A DNA stretch of 64,000 nt, taken from NCBI GenBank assembly GCA_950097015.1, contig CATNEN010000038.1:20832001-20896000 (forward strand), read 5' to 3'. Under the pieces are notes generated by a model. The model was given only the letters and a program-made list of their open reading frames with translations, was not told the origin of the DNA and made no database searches. Shown here in pieces: positions 49,197 through 61,972 of the stretch. The stretch's first letter is position 1. Each line of letters begins with the position of its first letter. This DNA comes from Macrostomum hystrix (Eukaryota > Animalia > Platyhelminthes). The position numbers were made by a program, and so were the translations under genes.

Positions 49197-52100
49197 TGAT
49201 TCTTCAGGATATTCGATCTAACATGCACTTCTTCAGGGCGACGGCTTGGAACCCTCCCTCTGATTCTTCAGGGCGACGGCTTGGAACCCTCCCTCTGATT
49301 CTTCAGGATATTCGATCTAACATGCACTTCTTCAGGGCGACGGCTTGGAACCCTCCCTCTGATTCTTCAGGATATTCGATCTAACATGCACCTCTTCAGG
49401 GCGACGGCTTGGAACCCTCCCTCTGATTCTTCAGGGTGACGGCTTGGAACCCTCCCTCTGATTCTTCAGGATATTCGATCTAACATGCACTTCTTCAGGG
49501 CGACGGCTTGGAACCCTCCCTCTGATTCTTCAGGGCGACGGCTTGGAACCCTCCCTCTGATTCTTCAGGATATTCGATCTAACATGCACTTCTTCAGGGC
49601 GACGGCTTGGAACCCTCCCTCTGATTCTTCAGGGTGACGGCTTGGAACCCTCCCTCTGATTCTTCAGGATATTCGATCTAACATGCACTTCTTCAGGGCG
49701 ACGGCTTGGAACCCTCCCTCTGATTCTTCAGGGCGACGGCTTGGAACCCTCCCTCTGATTCTTCAGGATATTCGATCTAACATGCACTTCTTCAGGGCGA
49801 CGGCTTGGAACCCTCCCTCTGATTCTTCAGGGTGACGGCTTGGAACCCTCCCTCTGATTCTTCAGGGCGACGGCTTGGAACCCTCCCTCTGATTCTTCTG
49901 GGCGACGGCTTGGAACCCTCCCTCTGATTCTTTAGGGTGACGGCTTGGAACCCTCCCTCTGATTCTTCAGGGCGACGGCTTTGGAACCCTCCCTCTGATT
50001 CTTCAGGATATTCGATCTAACATGCACTTCTTCAGGGCGACGGCTTGGAACCCTCCCTCTGATTCTTCAGGGTGACGGCTTGGAACCCTCCCTCTGATTC
50101 TTCAGGGCGACGGCTTGGAACCCTCCCTCTGATTCTTCAGGGCGACGGCTTGGAACCCTCCCTCTGATTCTTTAGGGTGACGGCTTGGAACCCTCCCTCT
50201 GATTCTTCAGGGCGACGGCTTGGAACCCTCCCTCTGATTCTTCAGGATATTTGATCTAACATGCACTTCTTCAGGGCGACGGCTTGGAACCCTCCCTCTG
50301 ATTCTTCAGGGCGACGGCTTGGAACCCTCCATCTGATTCTTCAGGGCGACGGCTTGGAACCCTCCCTCTGATTCTTCAGGGCGTCCGCTTGGAACCCTCC
50401 CTCTGATTCTTCAGGGCGACGGCTTGGAACCCTCCCTCTGATTCTTCAGGGCGTCCGCTTGGAACCCTCCCTCTGATTCTTCAGGGCGTCCGCTTGGAAC
50501 CCTCCCTCTGATTCTTCAGGGTGACGGCTTGGAACTCTCGCATCTCTGATTCTTCAGGGCGACGGCTTGGAACCCTCCCTCTGATTCTTCAGGGCGACGG
50601 CTTGGAACCCTCCCTCTGATTCTTCAGGGCGTCCGCTTGGAACCCTCCCTCTGATTCTTCAGGGCGTCCGCTTGGAACCCTCCCTCTGATTCTTCAGGGT
50701 GACGGCTTGGAACAATCGCACCTCTGATTCTTCAGGGCGACGGCTTGGAACCCTCCCTCTAATTCTTCAGGGCGACGGCTTGGAACCCTCCCTCTGATTC
50801 TTCAGGGTGACGGCTTGGAACCCTCCCTCTGATTCTCTAGGGTGACGGCTTGGAACCCTCCCTCTGATTCTTCAGGGTGACGGCTTGGAACCCTCCCTCT
50901 GATTCTTCAGGGTGACGGCTTGGAACCCTCCCTCTGATTCTTCAGGGTGACGGCTTGGAACCCTCCCTCTGATTCTTCAGGATATTTGATCTAACATGCA
51001 CTTCTTCAGGGCGACGGCTTGGAACCCTCCCTCTGATTCTTCAGGGCGACGGCTTGGAACCCTCCATCTGATTCTTCAGGGCGACGGCTTGGAACCCTCC
51101 CTCTGATTCTTCAGGGCGTCCGCTTGGAACCCTCCCTCTGATTCTTCAGGGCGACGGCTTGGAACCCTCCCTCTGATTCTTCAGGGCGTCCGCTTGGAAC
51201 CCTCCCTCTGATTCTTCAGGGCGTCCGCTTGGAACCCTCCCTCTGATTCTTCAGGGTGACGGCTTGGAACTCTCGCATCTCTGATTCTTCAGGGCGACGG
51301 CTTGGAACCCTCCCTCTGATTCTTCAGGGCGACGGCTTGGAACCCTCCCTCTGATTCTTCAGGGCGTCCTCTTGGAACCCTCCCTCTGATTCTTCAGGGC
51401 GTCCGCTTGGAACCCTCCCTCTGATTCTTCAGGGTGACGGCTTGGAACCCTCCCTCTGATTCTTCAGGGCGACGGCTTGGAACCCTCCCTCTGATTCTTC
51501 AGGGCGACGGCTTGGAACCCTCCCTCTGATTCTTTAGGGTGACGGCTTGGAACCCTCCCTCTGATTCTTCAGGGCGACGGCTTGGAACCCTCCCTCTGAT
51601 TCTTCAGGATATTTGATCTAACATGCACTTCTTCAGGGCGACGGCTTGGAACCCTCCCTCTGATTCTTCAGGGCGACGGCTTGGAACCCTCCATCTGATT
51701 CTTCAGGGCGACGGCTTGGAACCCTCCCTCTGATTCTTCAGGGCGTCCGCTTGGAACCCTCCCTCTGATTCTTCAGGGCGACGGCTTGGAACCCTCCCTC
51801 TGATTCTTCAGGGCGTCCGCTTGGAACCCTCCCTCTGATTCTTCAGGGCGTCCGCTTGGAACCCTCCCTCTGATTCTTCAGGGTGACGGCTTGGAACTCT
51901 CGCATCTCTGATTCTTCAGGGCGACGGCTTGGAACCCTCCCTCTGATTCTTCAGGGCGACGGCTTGGAACCCTCCCTCTGATTCTTCAGGGCGTCCGCTT
52001 GGAACCCTCCCTCTGATTCTTCAGGGCGTCCGCTTGGAACCCTCCCTCTGATTCTTCAGGGTGACGGCTTGGAACAATCGCACCTCTGATTCTTCAGGGC

Positions 52101-52835
52101 GACGGCTTGGAACCCTCCCTCTAATTCTTCAGGGCGACGGCTTGGAACCCTCCCTCTGATTCTTCAGGGTGACGGCTTGGAACCCTCCCTCTGATTCTCT
52201 AGGGTGACGGCTTGGAACCCTCCCTCTGATTCTTCAGGGTGACGGCTTGGAACCCTCCCTCTGATTCTTCAGGGTGACGGCTTGGAACCCTCCCTCTGAT
52301 TCTTCAGGGTGACGGCTTGGAACCCTCCCTCTGATTCTTCAGGATATTTGATCTAACATGCACTTCTTCAGGGCGACGGCTTGGAACCCTCCCTCTGATT
52401 CTTCAGGGCGACGGCTTGGAACCCTCCATCTGATTCTTCAGGGCGACGGCTTGGAACCCTCCCTCTGATTCTTCAGGGCGTCCGCTTGGAACCCTCCCTC
52501 TGATTCTTCAGGGCGACGGCTTGGAACCCTCCCTCTGATTCTTCAGGGCGTCCGCTTGGAACCCTCCCTCTGATTCTTCAGGGCGTCCGCTTGGAACCCT
52601 CCCTCTGATTCTTCAGGGTGACGGCTTGGAACTCTCGCATCTCTGATTCTTCAGGGCGACGGCTTGGAACCCTCCCTCTGATTCTTCAGGGCGACGGCTT
52701 GGAACCCTCCCTCTGATTCTTCAGGGCGTCCTCTTGGAACCCTCCCTCTGATTCTTCAGGGCGTCCGCTTGGAACCCTCCCTCTGATTCTTCAGGGTGAC
52801 GGCTTGGAACCCTCCCTCTGATTCTTCAGGATGAC
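49197..52835. repeat. Composite minisatellite in synaptogyrin intron 3: 35-bp unit (cttcagggcgacggcttggaaccctccctctgatt) interspersed with a 29-bp unit (cttcaggatattcgatctaacatgcactt)
   Basis: Direct tandem periodicity with two unit types. Confidence 0.96.
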
Positions 52836-52905
52836 GGTTTTCAACCCATTTTCCGGTTTTTCAGGCTATAGATTAAGTTAAGCAGCATTAATTGCAAAGC
52901 CTGAC

Positions 52906-53135
52906 CTGATCGGTGTTATCGAAAGCACCCTGAACACCTTGGCGATACTTTTGTACAGCAAAGTAGACCAATGCGGCGTAGGTGCCAATAGAAAAGAACG
53001 AGAATGCGATACTCGCGCGTACATTAGATTTCTGCCAATCCTGAATGGACATTAGGACAAAGAATGAGTCCGGTGTGTTGCTTAGCTTGTTTGTCAGATA
53101 GCAGAATGCGACAAAGTAGAAGAAGGCCCAGATTG
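52906..53135 (-). CDS. SYNGR: Synaptogyrin exon 3 (WAFFYFVAFCYLTN...RASIAFSFFSI)
   Basis: ccgcag|CA (phase 1) and CAG|gtcagg. RAxIAFSFFSI is the synaptogyrin signature. Confidence 0.9.
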
Positions 53136-53183
53136 CTGCGGAGTTTGTCATTTTTAAAACAAAGATTAAGTCTGCTGCATACA

Positions 53184-54218
53184 GATTCTGGAACCTAAAT
53201 ATTGATTCTGGAACCTAAAAATGATACTGGAACCTAAATACTGATTCTGGAACCTAAATACTGATTCTGGAACCTAAATACTGATTCTGGAACCTAAATA
53301 CTGATACTGGAACCTAAAAATGATACTGGAACCTAAATACTGATACTGGAACCTAAATACTGATTCTGGAACCTAAATACTGATTCTGGAACCTAAATAC
53401 TGATACTGGAACCTAAAAATGATACTGGAACCTAAATACTGCTACTGGAACCTAAATACTGATTCTGGAACCTAAATACTGATTCTGGAACCTAAATACT
53501 GATACTGGAACCTAACTATAGATTCTGGAACCTAAATACTGATTCTGGAACCTAAATACTGATTCTGGAACCTAAATACTGATTCTGGAACCTAAATACT
53601 GATTCTGGAACCTAAATACTGATACTGGAACCTAAATATAGATTCTGGAACCTAAATACTGATTCTGGAACCTAAATACTGATTCTGGAACCTAAATACT
53701 GATTCTGGAACCTAAATACTGATTCTGGAACCTAAATACTGATACTGGAACCTAAATACTGATTCTGGAACCTAAATACTGATACTGGAACCTAAATATA
53801 GATTCTGGAACATAAATACAGATTCTGGAACCTAAATACTGATTCCGGAACCTAAATACTGATTCCGGAACCTAAATACTGATTCTGCAACCTAAATGCT
53901 GATTCTGGAACCTAAATACTGATTCTGGAACCTAAATACTGATTCTGGAACCTAAATACTGATTCTGGAACCTAAATACTGATTCTGGAACCTAAATACT
54001 GATACTGGAACCTAAATATAGATTCTGGAACATAAATACTGATTCTGGAACCTAAATACTGATTCTGGAACCTAAATACTGATTCTGGAACCTAAATACT
54101 GATACTGGAACCTAAATATAGATTCTGGAACCTAAATACTGATTCTGGAACCTAAATATAGATTCTGGAACATAAATGCTGATTTTGGAACATACATATC
54201 GATTCTGGAACCTAAAAT
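53184..54218. repeat. 20-bp minisatellite (gattctggaacctaaatact), synaptogyrin intron 2
   Basis: Direct tandem periodicity. Confidence 0.96.
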
Positions 54219-54277
54219 AGAAACTGATTTCAGAACAAAAAATATTTTTTTATATAATGTACCACATCAATTCTTAC

Positions 54278-54497
54278 CTGAGAAAACTAGGTCGGCCATG
54301 ACAGCATACTTTCTGTGCTCAGCAGAGGAGAACTGTTCAAAAACTGCATCAATAATCAAAAATACAATGCAGGCAATAAAAGCGATTGCACCGACAAATA
54401 TGCCGAAGCCACAAGCACCATTGTCGCCATTCATAATGCACTGATTCTCAACATAGCCACCACCGCTGATGCAGGCAAACACTATAATAGCAAAGAT
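54278..54497 (-). CDS. SYNGR: Synaptogyrin exon 2 (MARVEL domain; CIMNGDNGACGFGIFVG)
   Basis: tttcag|ATC and G|gtaaga. Contains the conserved loop Cys pair and RKYAVMADLVFS. Confidence 0.9.
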
Positions 54498-54557
54498 CTG
54501 AAAAGAAGTGCGAGAACAAATAAATATTTTATGGATAACTTAACTCTTACCAAAAAA

Positions 54558-54997
54558 TCATACTTAGAGGTGTACGCAGATTCATACTCACAGGTGTACT
54601 CAGATTCATACTCAAAGGTGTACTCAGATTCATACTCACAGGTGTACTCAGATTCATACCCAAAGGTGTACTCAGATTCATACTCAAAGGTGTACTCAGA
54701 TTTATACTCACAGGTGTACTCAGATTCATACTCAAAGGTGTACTCAGATTCATACTCAAAGGTGTACTCAGATTCATACTCACAGGTGTACTCAGATTCA
54801 TACTCAAAGGTGTACTCAGATTCATACTCACAGGTGTACTCAGATTCATACTCAAAGGTGTACTCAGATTCATACTCACAGGTGTACTCAGATTCATACT
54901 CACAGGTGTACTCAGATTCATACTCAAAGGTGTACTCAGATTCATACTCAAAGGTGTACTCAGATTCATACTCATAGGTGTACTCAGATTCATACTA
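54558..54997. repeat. 24-bp minisatellite (ggtgtactcagattcatactca[a/c]a), synaptogyrin intron 1
   Basis: Direct tandem periodicity. Confidence 0.95.
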
Positions 54998-55720
54998 TGA
55001 AGAGATGTTCTTAAAATTAATTTGGTGCTTAGATTATGAATTTATTGAAAGATATTAAAACAAAAGGTCACATATCTATAAGTATAAACATTAAATTGTT
55101 TTAATTTTTAAATAAACTTGAATTGTATTCTCATATCTCTTGGTCCATAGCTTAATAATTACTAGAATAAGTTTCTATGGAGTATTCAATCAATCTATAA
55201 ACGAAAAATTTAATAGTAATATTATGATAACAGTATATTAAATCAGTGTCATATGTAGATTTAATATAGCTAAAAATGACATTGTTAATTCATTTTTTAC
55301 TATCCATTTTTAATGCTAGCATATTAAATATGATCTATTGCTCTATGATCTATTATACTCATTAATACAAGAATAAGTCAGAATGCTTTTCTATAATAAG
55401 TTCTACAAAATGCAAAGCTTACCATTTAGGCAACTTGATTCATAATCACACTTCTGAGGTGGCTAGAGGCCTAGCTAGCTAACAATAGCACAAAATTAAA
55501 AAGTACATAAATAATAGTAGTTTCTAAGCTCATAATTGATTGCAGGACGGTTTAATTTGACCATAACAATACAGATATTGAGAAACAATATTAATGATAC
55601 TGATAATGATAGCTAATGACACAGGCTGCAGGCATACAAAAACTATTTATCATACAGTGTAATACAAGATTAGCTAGAAGGGCTTAAATAAAAGAAATGA
55701 AACTAGACGAACTAACTTAC

Positions 55721-55834
55721 CAACGTTACCATGCGCAAAATTGAGGTCGGTCGCTTAAAGAACTCCTTCGGATCAAAAGAGTATCCTAGACCTTGTGACC
55801 GTCCGGCTCCAAAAACACTGCCATCAGGGATCAT
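55721..55834 (-). CDS. SYNGR: Synaptogyrin exon 1: MIPDGSVFGAGRSQGLGYSFDPKEFFKRPTSILRMVTL
   Basis: Matches the synaptogyrin N-terminus (FGAG...FDP...P..ILR); TTG|gtaagt donor. Confidence 0.85.
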
Positions 55835-57833
55835 CTTGGCTCAATTTTCCTTTCAAACGAAAGTTATAATTTTCGAATAACAGTACGCCTGTTATACAAA
55901 TGCTAAATTTCTGGTCCAAACAAGTTTTTGAGAATCAAGTTAAGTTAAGCGGATGTAGTATGTTAAGTTACTTAAGCGGATGGATGTCAAAATTTTATAA
56001 AGCTGACAATTTGAAATTGTGCGAGAGTTGTCGCAATTATTTCTCTTGCATTAAAACTAATATATAACCCAATGTGTTTCAATATACGAAACCACAAGGG
56101 CAAGTATAGTCGATTGCTTTACCTTCCTTTATTTTCTATGTCTTTTCTAGGCATGATTGTTGCTATCCTAGTATATTAGAAATTCAGAGCTTTATAGTTA
56201 ATAAGTTATTCACAATTTCAGTTTAGGTGTCTGAAAGGACAACGGGTGAATGCAGAGTAAAATCGATCTTTACTACTAAAAGTAGAAGCTAAGCATGTAT
56301 TTTAAAAGTAGGGACAAACATAGACTGGCAAATTTTTCGTATAGTTTTGTCTCCGAGAAGGTAGTCGTGCTGTCAATATACCATAAAGAGGTCGAGTAAT
56401 TTTTTGCATGAAGCCAGCAATTTTAATTGCGAGCTAGCAAAACGGGATCGTGCCTTGAGCTCGAGTATTTTAAAATCGTGATAATTCTACAGTGAAAAAA
56501 ATTTTGTTGTTCCTTTTCGTGACTTAAATTAAAAGCTTTTCCATTTCATAATCTTCGAGCACGATCTGCGAAAAAAGTGGTATCATTTCCGTCCAAGTTA
56601 CATCTAAATGCATGGCGACTCGGATTACCCGGTTGAATTAAGCTTGAATCAATTAAAAGGTGACATGATGCTGTTAAAAGCTGAGCAGTCGGTCTGGTTT
56701 AAAAAAAATTTTTGTAGGCCATTTCCTTAAAATTCTCGCGGAAAAAAGTTTAGAAACTAGTCTTTTGGCTTGGCTGAATTGTCACGTGATTCTTGTTGTA
56801 GCTTTAAGAAATCGACGAGATAGGAAAATTCGGACTGTACGAATCATGGTAACGGAATATTGGCGTTATTTTCGATTTTGAGGAATATAATTGGGATTTC
56901 AAGGATTTAATAAGGATTTCAAGGAAATAGCTGGGATTTCAAGTTTTAAGAACGTTTGGGACTACGCAAAATAATTTGGATTTAGTTGACTACTTGTACA
57001 TACAGTATATATGGATATGGGCCCTATTAGACAGAGAAAACATTCTGGTCACAAGCAAATAGTAAGCCACGAGAGAGAGTATGTGTGTCCAGACGAAACA
57101 GGCAGTTCCCATTTCGACAGGAAAAATATCCCCAACCTGCCATTGGGAAGATGAGGAGCTGATCCCAACCGGTGGAGTGAAGTGAATCGTGCTATAGGAA
57201 GCTGCTGTTGAAGCGGATGAAATATTTGCACTGAGTTTTAGATGCTGCTGCTGCTGCTCCTCGGTCAAGAACAGCGAACCTTCCGTTCCTTACTGATTTC
57301 CTCCCTTGGTATTTTTTATCCCCATCTCTCTCTGTGTGTGTGTGTGCCATTACATTCGTGGCATGCTTGAGCAGTGTGTACTCACTTCTCTATGACGCGG
57401 TTAACAAAAAACTCAAGCCAGCCCTCATGCGGCCATCATGCGGAGCGAAAAAAAGGGATGACGAGCTGGTCATGTAGATCGGGCGGACTTGAAAAAAATT
57501 GCCGCTGTTTGGTGGCAAACGTCGCTAATGGACCAGCAGCTGGCATGTTTGCTCCTGCAGTGGGTGGACTTCCTCTAAAAGCAGTAGATTTAGGAAGAAA
57601 AATTGCTGGCAAAAAATAAGAGCGAGCGACTGCGCCAATACAGTGACGCAGAAATATAGTCATCATCAATGATTATCGTCCTGCAAGACTTCCTTAATCC
57701 ATAGCAGATTGTTAAGTTGATCCCAATGGTTTTGTCCAGTGTTGTTAGTCCTTTGGTCTTCCTAACCAAGAGGTCGGGAGTTCAATCCCAGCACTGAAAC
57801 AACGAATGCGTGTTCTAAAGCACATGTGTTCTA

Positions 57834-58203
57834 GGGAGTTGGTGGCAGAGCGGTTAACGCGTTTGCCTCACGCACCAAGGTCCCTAAGTTCGATTCCACG
57901 GCGAGGCCACATTTATTTGGGGCGCAGCCGCGGAGAGAAGGCTTGGCGGCTTGTCGTGCAATTTACGCCCTTGAGGGCCAACCTCCAAGGCACAGTCAGA
58001 GTGTACACTGCCTGACGATGAGAAAGTCAGGGCAGATGTACACACACTGTGTGAGCGTGTGCCTGCGTACAGTATCTGTGTGCGTGTGTGCTCAGGAGTC
58101 AGCGAAATGGGCAGAATTGCCTCCTCGCTGGCTGCAGGTCTAGTGTCACCAAATTATGCGCCATTGTCCGCAGCCCTCCGGCAATTATTATTATTATTAT
58201 AAT
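57834..58203 (+). mobile_element. tRNA-derived SINE copy 4, apparently full length with (ATT)n tail
   Basis: TGGCAGAGCGG A box, GTTCGATTCC B box, structured body, tail attattattattattataat. Confidence 0.87.
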
Positions 58204-59071
58204 AAGTTAGTCACATAATGATGTCTCTTATAGTTAGGAATTGGTAGTAATTACTATTCACGTCAAAGAAGAAGAAAAGTTGAATGTAGTAAAATAGAGA
58301 ATACTAGCTAGTATGGGCATGTGAGGATCACATGAGTTCAGGTTTAGGAGTAAACTTTTATTCGCACAAAATTGCATTACATTTCCATGCACTTGAGAAG
58401 CAGAAAAAAATGAATACGATGATCAAGAGCCGATTTAGTGGGGACACGATGGGATAAATCTACAGGGGATTTTCCGCATCATTATCGCGCGGACAAGTGA
58501 GGATCAGTGGCAAAAAAGGCATTTCCAGTTCGCGCGAGTGTTAACTAGCTGCAAGCCCTTCTATAGGTGGCTGGGATTCTTATCCGCGTTAGAGGGGGGA
58601 GAACGGATAATTGGATCCAGGAGGGGATATCGTTGGCTGAGGGGACAAGTCAGTTTGTGAACGATGCAACACTGAAACTTTGGGAGGGATTTTACACCTT
58701 GTCTGCAGTGTTAGCCTATTAAGATCTATTGTTAATAGAAATGCAACTGGCGCATATAAAGGTAGATTAGTTTTTCGCTAATTGCCATATTGTTCCTATA
58801 AGTAAAATGTAGCTATAGCGATAGAATTTTTTTCAAAGAAAAATTCATATGAAGCTTTCTTAAAGGCTTTCTCTAGTTTGATAGTATTTTGCTTTCAGAG
58901 AAGAGTTTTAACAGTGTTCATATCTCTCGTCTTGCTTTTCTGACAATTGATGCTGCAATTATTTTTCTTCTGCGAATTACTGGATGTCATCGAATACTAA
59001 ATCTCATATTTGCTTGAAATTCTCTCGATTTACTCTAGAAAATACTCTATGTTATAGTCTCTCGATATCAT

Positions 59072-59223
59072 AGAGGAGAGGAGAGGAGAGGAGAGGAGAG
59101 GAGAGGAGAGGAGAGGAGAGGAGAGGAGAGGAGAGGAGAGGAGAGGAGAGGAGAGGAGAGGAGAGGAGAGGAGAGGAGAGGAGAGGAGAGGAGAGGAGAG
59201 GAGAGGAGAGGAGAGGAGAGGAG
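59072..59223. repeat. (AGAGG)n polypurine microsatellite
   Basis: Seen directly in sequence. Confidence 0.97.
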
Positions 59224-59817
59224 ATGGGTACCGAATAGATATTTCTCTTGTCGGAGGCCAATTTTGTTGCTGAATGACTTCCAAAAGGTCCGCAAAAAGA
59301 CATTTTTATCTACCTATTGATTTCTTCATTTTAATAAATGAAGAGAATCATTGTCCAGTGCAATGCAGTGCAAGGAAGTGCAGATTAGATTTCAAGGAAC
59401 AAGCTTGGCAATGTGACCCAGTCTCTGTGAATAATTTATAGACTAGAATTGCTTCAAGACGGCGACATTATTAACCCTCAAAGCCAGTGCTTCTCCTCAC
59501 CTCCGACACATCGTTGTCGAGGGGATGCGATAAGGATTCGAAATTTACTAGCACCGACTGAATCGAGCACAGCTTCAGCTGTTGCGGCTCATTCCTTCCT
59601 TGGAGAAGGCCGTGCAACACAAATTGCTCATGTCTGACCGGGCAGTTCTCACAGAATCTGCAACAGGTCAGTCTTATCCGCCTAGGCATCTTGGATTGTC
59701 TGGCCTTACAAATAATTTATGGAATTAATTTCTGGCCTCGCTGAATTCCTTGTTTGAGATGGGAATTAACAGTCTTTGTACTTTTGAGTCTTGTTATACT
59801 TTTTTTCGATTGATATG

Positions 59818-60276
<459 letters not shown>

Positions 60277-61972
60277 GACGGACTTTCTCAGTAACTCCTC
60301 TCAAATACAGTTTCATCAATGGAGCATCTCTTTTTAGCTCCTCACCCGGCATAAACTTGTTATCAACTGCCGCATCCCCCAGCCAAATTGTCTGTTGATT
60401 GCCCCAGAACTGCGGCGGATAATCTCGGAGACAGATTAATGCTGAGATAATTGGATAGCCGAACAGGAAAATTGAAAATCGAATTAAAAAACGGTCTCTC
60501 ATTGATGGAGCGCTGGTCGCTGAGCCTGAAATTAGGACAAAAAAATAAAACTCTAGAAAAATCTCACATTCACGTTGAAACAGGTGCCAAGAAGACGTGG
60601 TGATGATCTTCTAAAAGAGTCATTGAAAGCAGCTGCGTGACACACGCCGGAAGCATATCGATGAAGACCACGGAAGATGCTCGCCTATGAGGTGAAGGAC
60701 TCGGCTAAAATGCTACGAGTGCAGGCAGCTATAGAGTTTTTTAGTTGTTTGCCAATCCGGTAAGTTGTGTTTGCTCAAAAGTTTTGCTCTACAATTTGAG
60801 CGAAGAAGAGTTGAGTATGAGCATGAGCACAGATCGGCCCCGCTAACCATCTACTTTCACATAGATTTTGCCTGCAAAACTGGTTGGGATCAATTTTGAG
60901 AAACAGTCGGGAGTCACGACTGAGTGAGGTATGACAATTTGAGGGATAACTTAATTTTAGTTCGTGATCCCCAGAACGAACGAAAATGGGGACTTGTTCC
61001 GTCAAACAAACAAAAGATTTTCTGCCTGTTTGCTTTAGCATTTTCTTCTGCTTCTTTGGTTGCTAGTTGCATACAGTATTATTATTATTATAATGCGCTA
61101 TTTACCTTTTCCTATTTGCAATGGTTTTACTAATTCAAACTGACACTTTAAGATCAGTCCATGGACTGAACAGCGGTACGCAGCCTTCAGATGTCGGCTG
61201 CACATCTGGCCCAATCCTGGGCTGGTATTATCAATTGATTAATTAATAGAATCAAGAAAAAAATTATTTAAAGGAAATTTAACGAAAAAAATTACCATTA
61301 CAATAATCACAAAGTTTAACGGAAGTTAAGTGAAAATTTTATTCATTTCGAAATGGTAAATATTTTTAGATTTTTTTTGCTTTCGTGAAATATTTTTGGT
61401 TTAATTTCCGTTAAATCCTGTCATTTAGTTACGTTAAATATTAACGGAACTAAAAGTACAGACTAAATTGAACTAAAACAGCAAGTTTAACGGAACTAAC
61501 GTAACTTTCTTAGAAAAAAAAACATTCTTTTTGTTTTTTAGATAGATCTTAAAAATTATTTGATCACACCTGGGTATTCTCATTAGCTCGAATTAAATTG
61601 AGTTTTTCTGACGAAAAAAGACAAAAATCACTTGAGCTAACCTAGCCAATCTAGGGCACAGATGGGCCCTAGCAACAAGGGACATCAGCTGTGCTAGCCA
61701 ACCCACTTCACAGATAATTAACCATTTTTTAGCGAAGAGCCAATGACCCTCGAGAAAAGATTCGAAATTTAACTGAGAGCCAAAATAAAAAATCCCAAAA
61801 AAGTCAGGCCCCATAAATGAAAGCCTTATAATATTTGCTTCGATAGTCAGACGGCAGCAATTGAATTTTTAACTTTATTAAACTGGCAAATTAGCACGAA
61901 GCAATTAGGACAACTCGGATTTACATAAGAAAATGAAACCAAAATAAAATCGACTTCATTTAGTGACACAAC

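Noticed and set aside
49197-52835. CRISPR-like repeat/spacer appearance here and in the 45-bp array
   Set aside because: The apparent spacers are recurring variants rather than unique sequences, the context is eukaryotic and intronic, and there are no cas genes.
56990-57669. Short minus-strand ORFs upstream of synaptogyrin, and similar ones at 59449-61133
   Set aside because: No recognisable domain and no phase-consistent exon chain could be built.
58001-58043. Minimal hammerhead-like core CTGACGA-tga-GAAA-GTC in the SINE
   Set aside because: No stem III is possible, the stem I closing pair is mismatched and the core is broken in copy 1 (ctgacaa...gaga). The segment folds as a simple hairpin.
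58061-58145. HDV-like ribozyme in the SINE: GCCTCCTCGCTGGC equals the genomic HDV P3/L3, and GCCTGCG/TGCAGGT could form P1 with a G-U pair
   Set aside because: There is no GG for P1.1 after P1 and no convincing P2 or J4/2. The motif is not retained in the other copies and is better explained as the 3' arm of the LINE-shared hairpin. A co-transcriptional cleavage assay would settle it.
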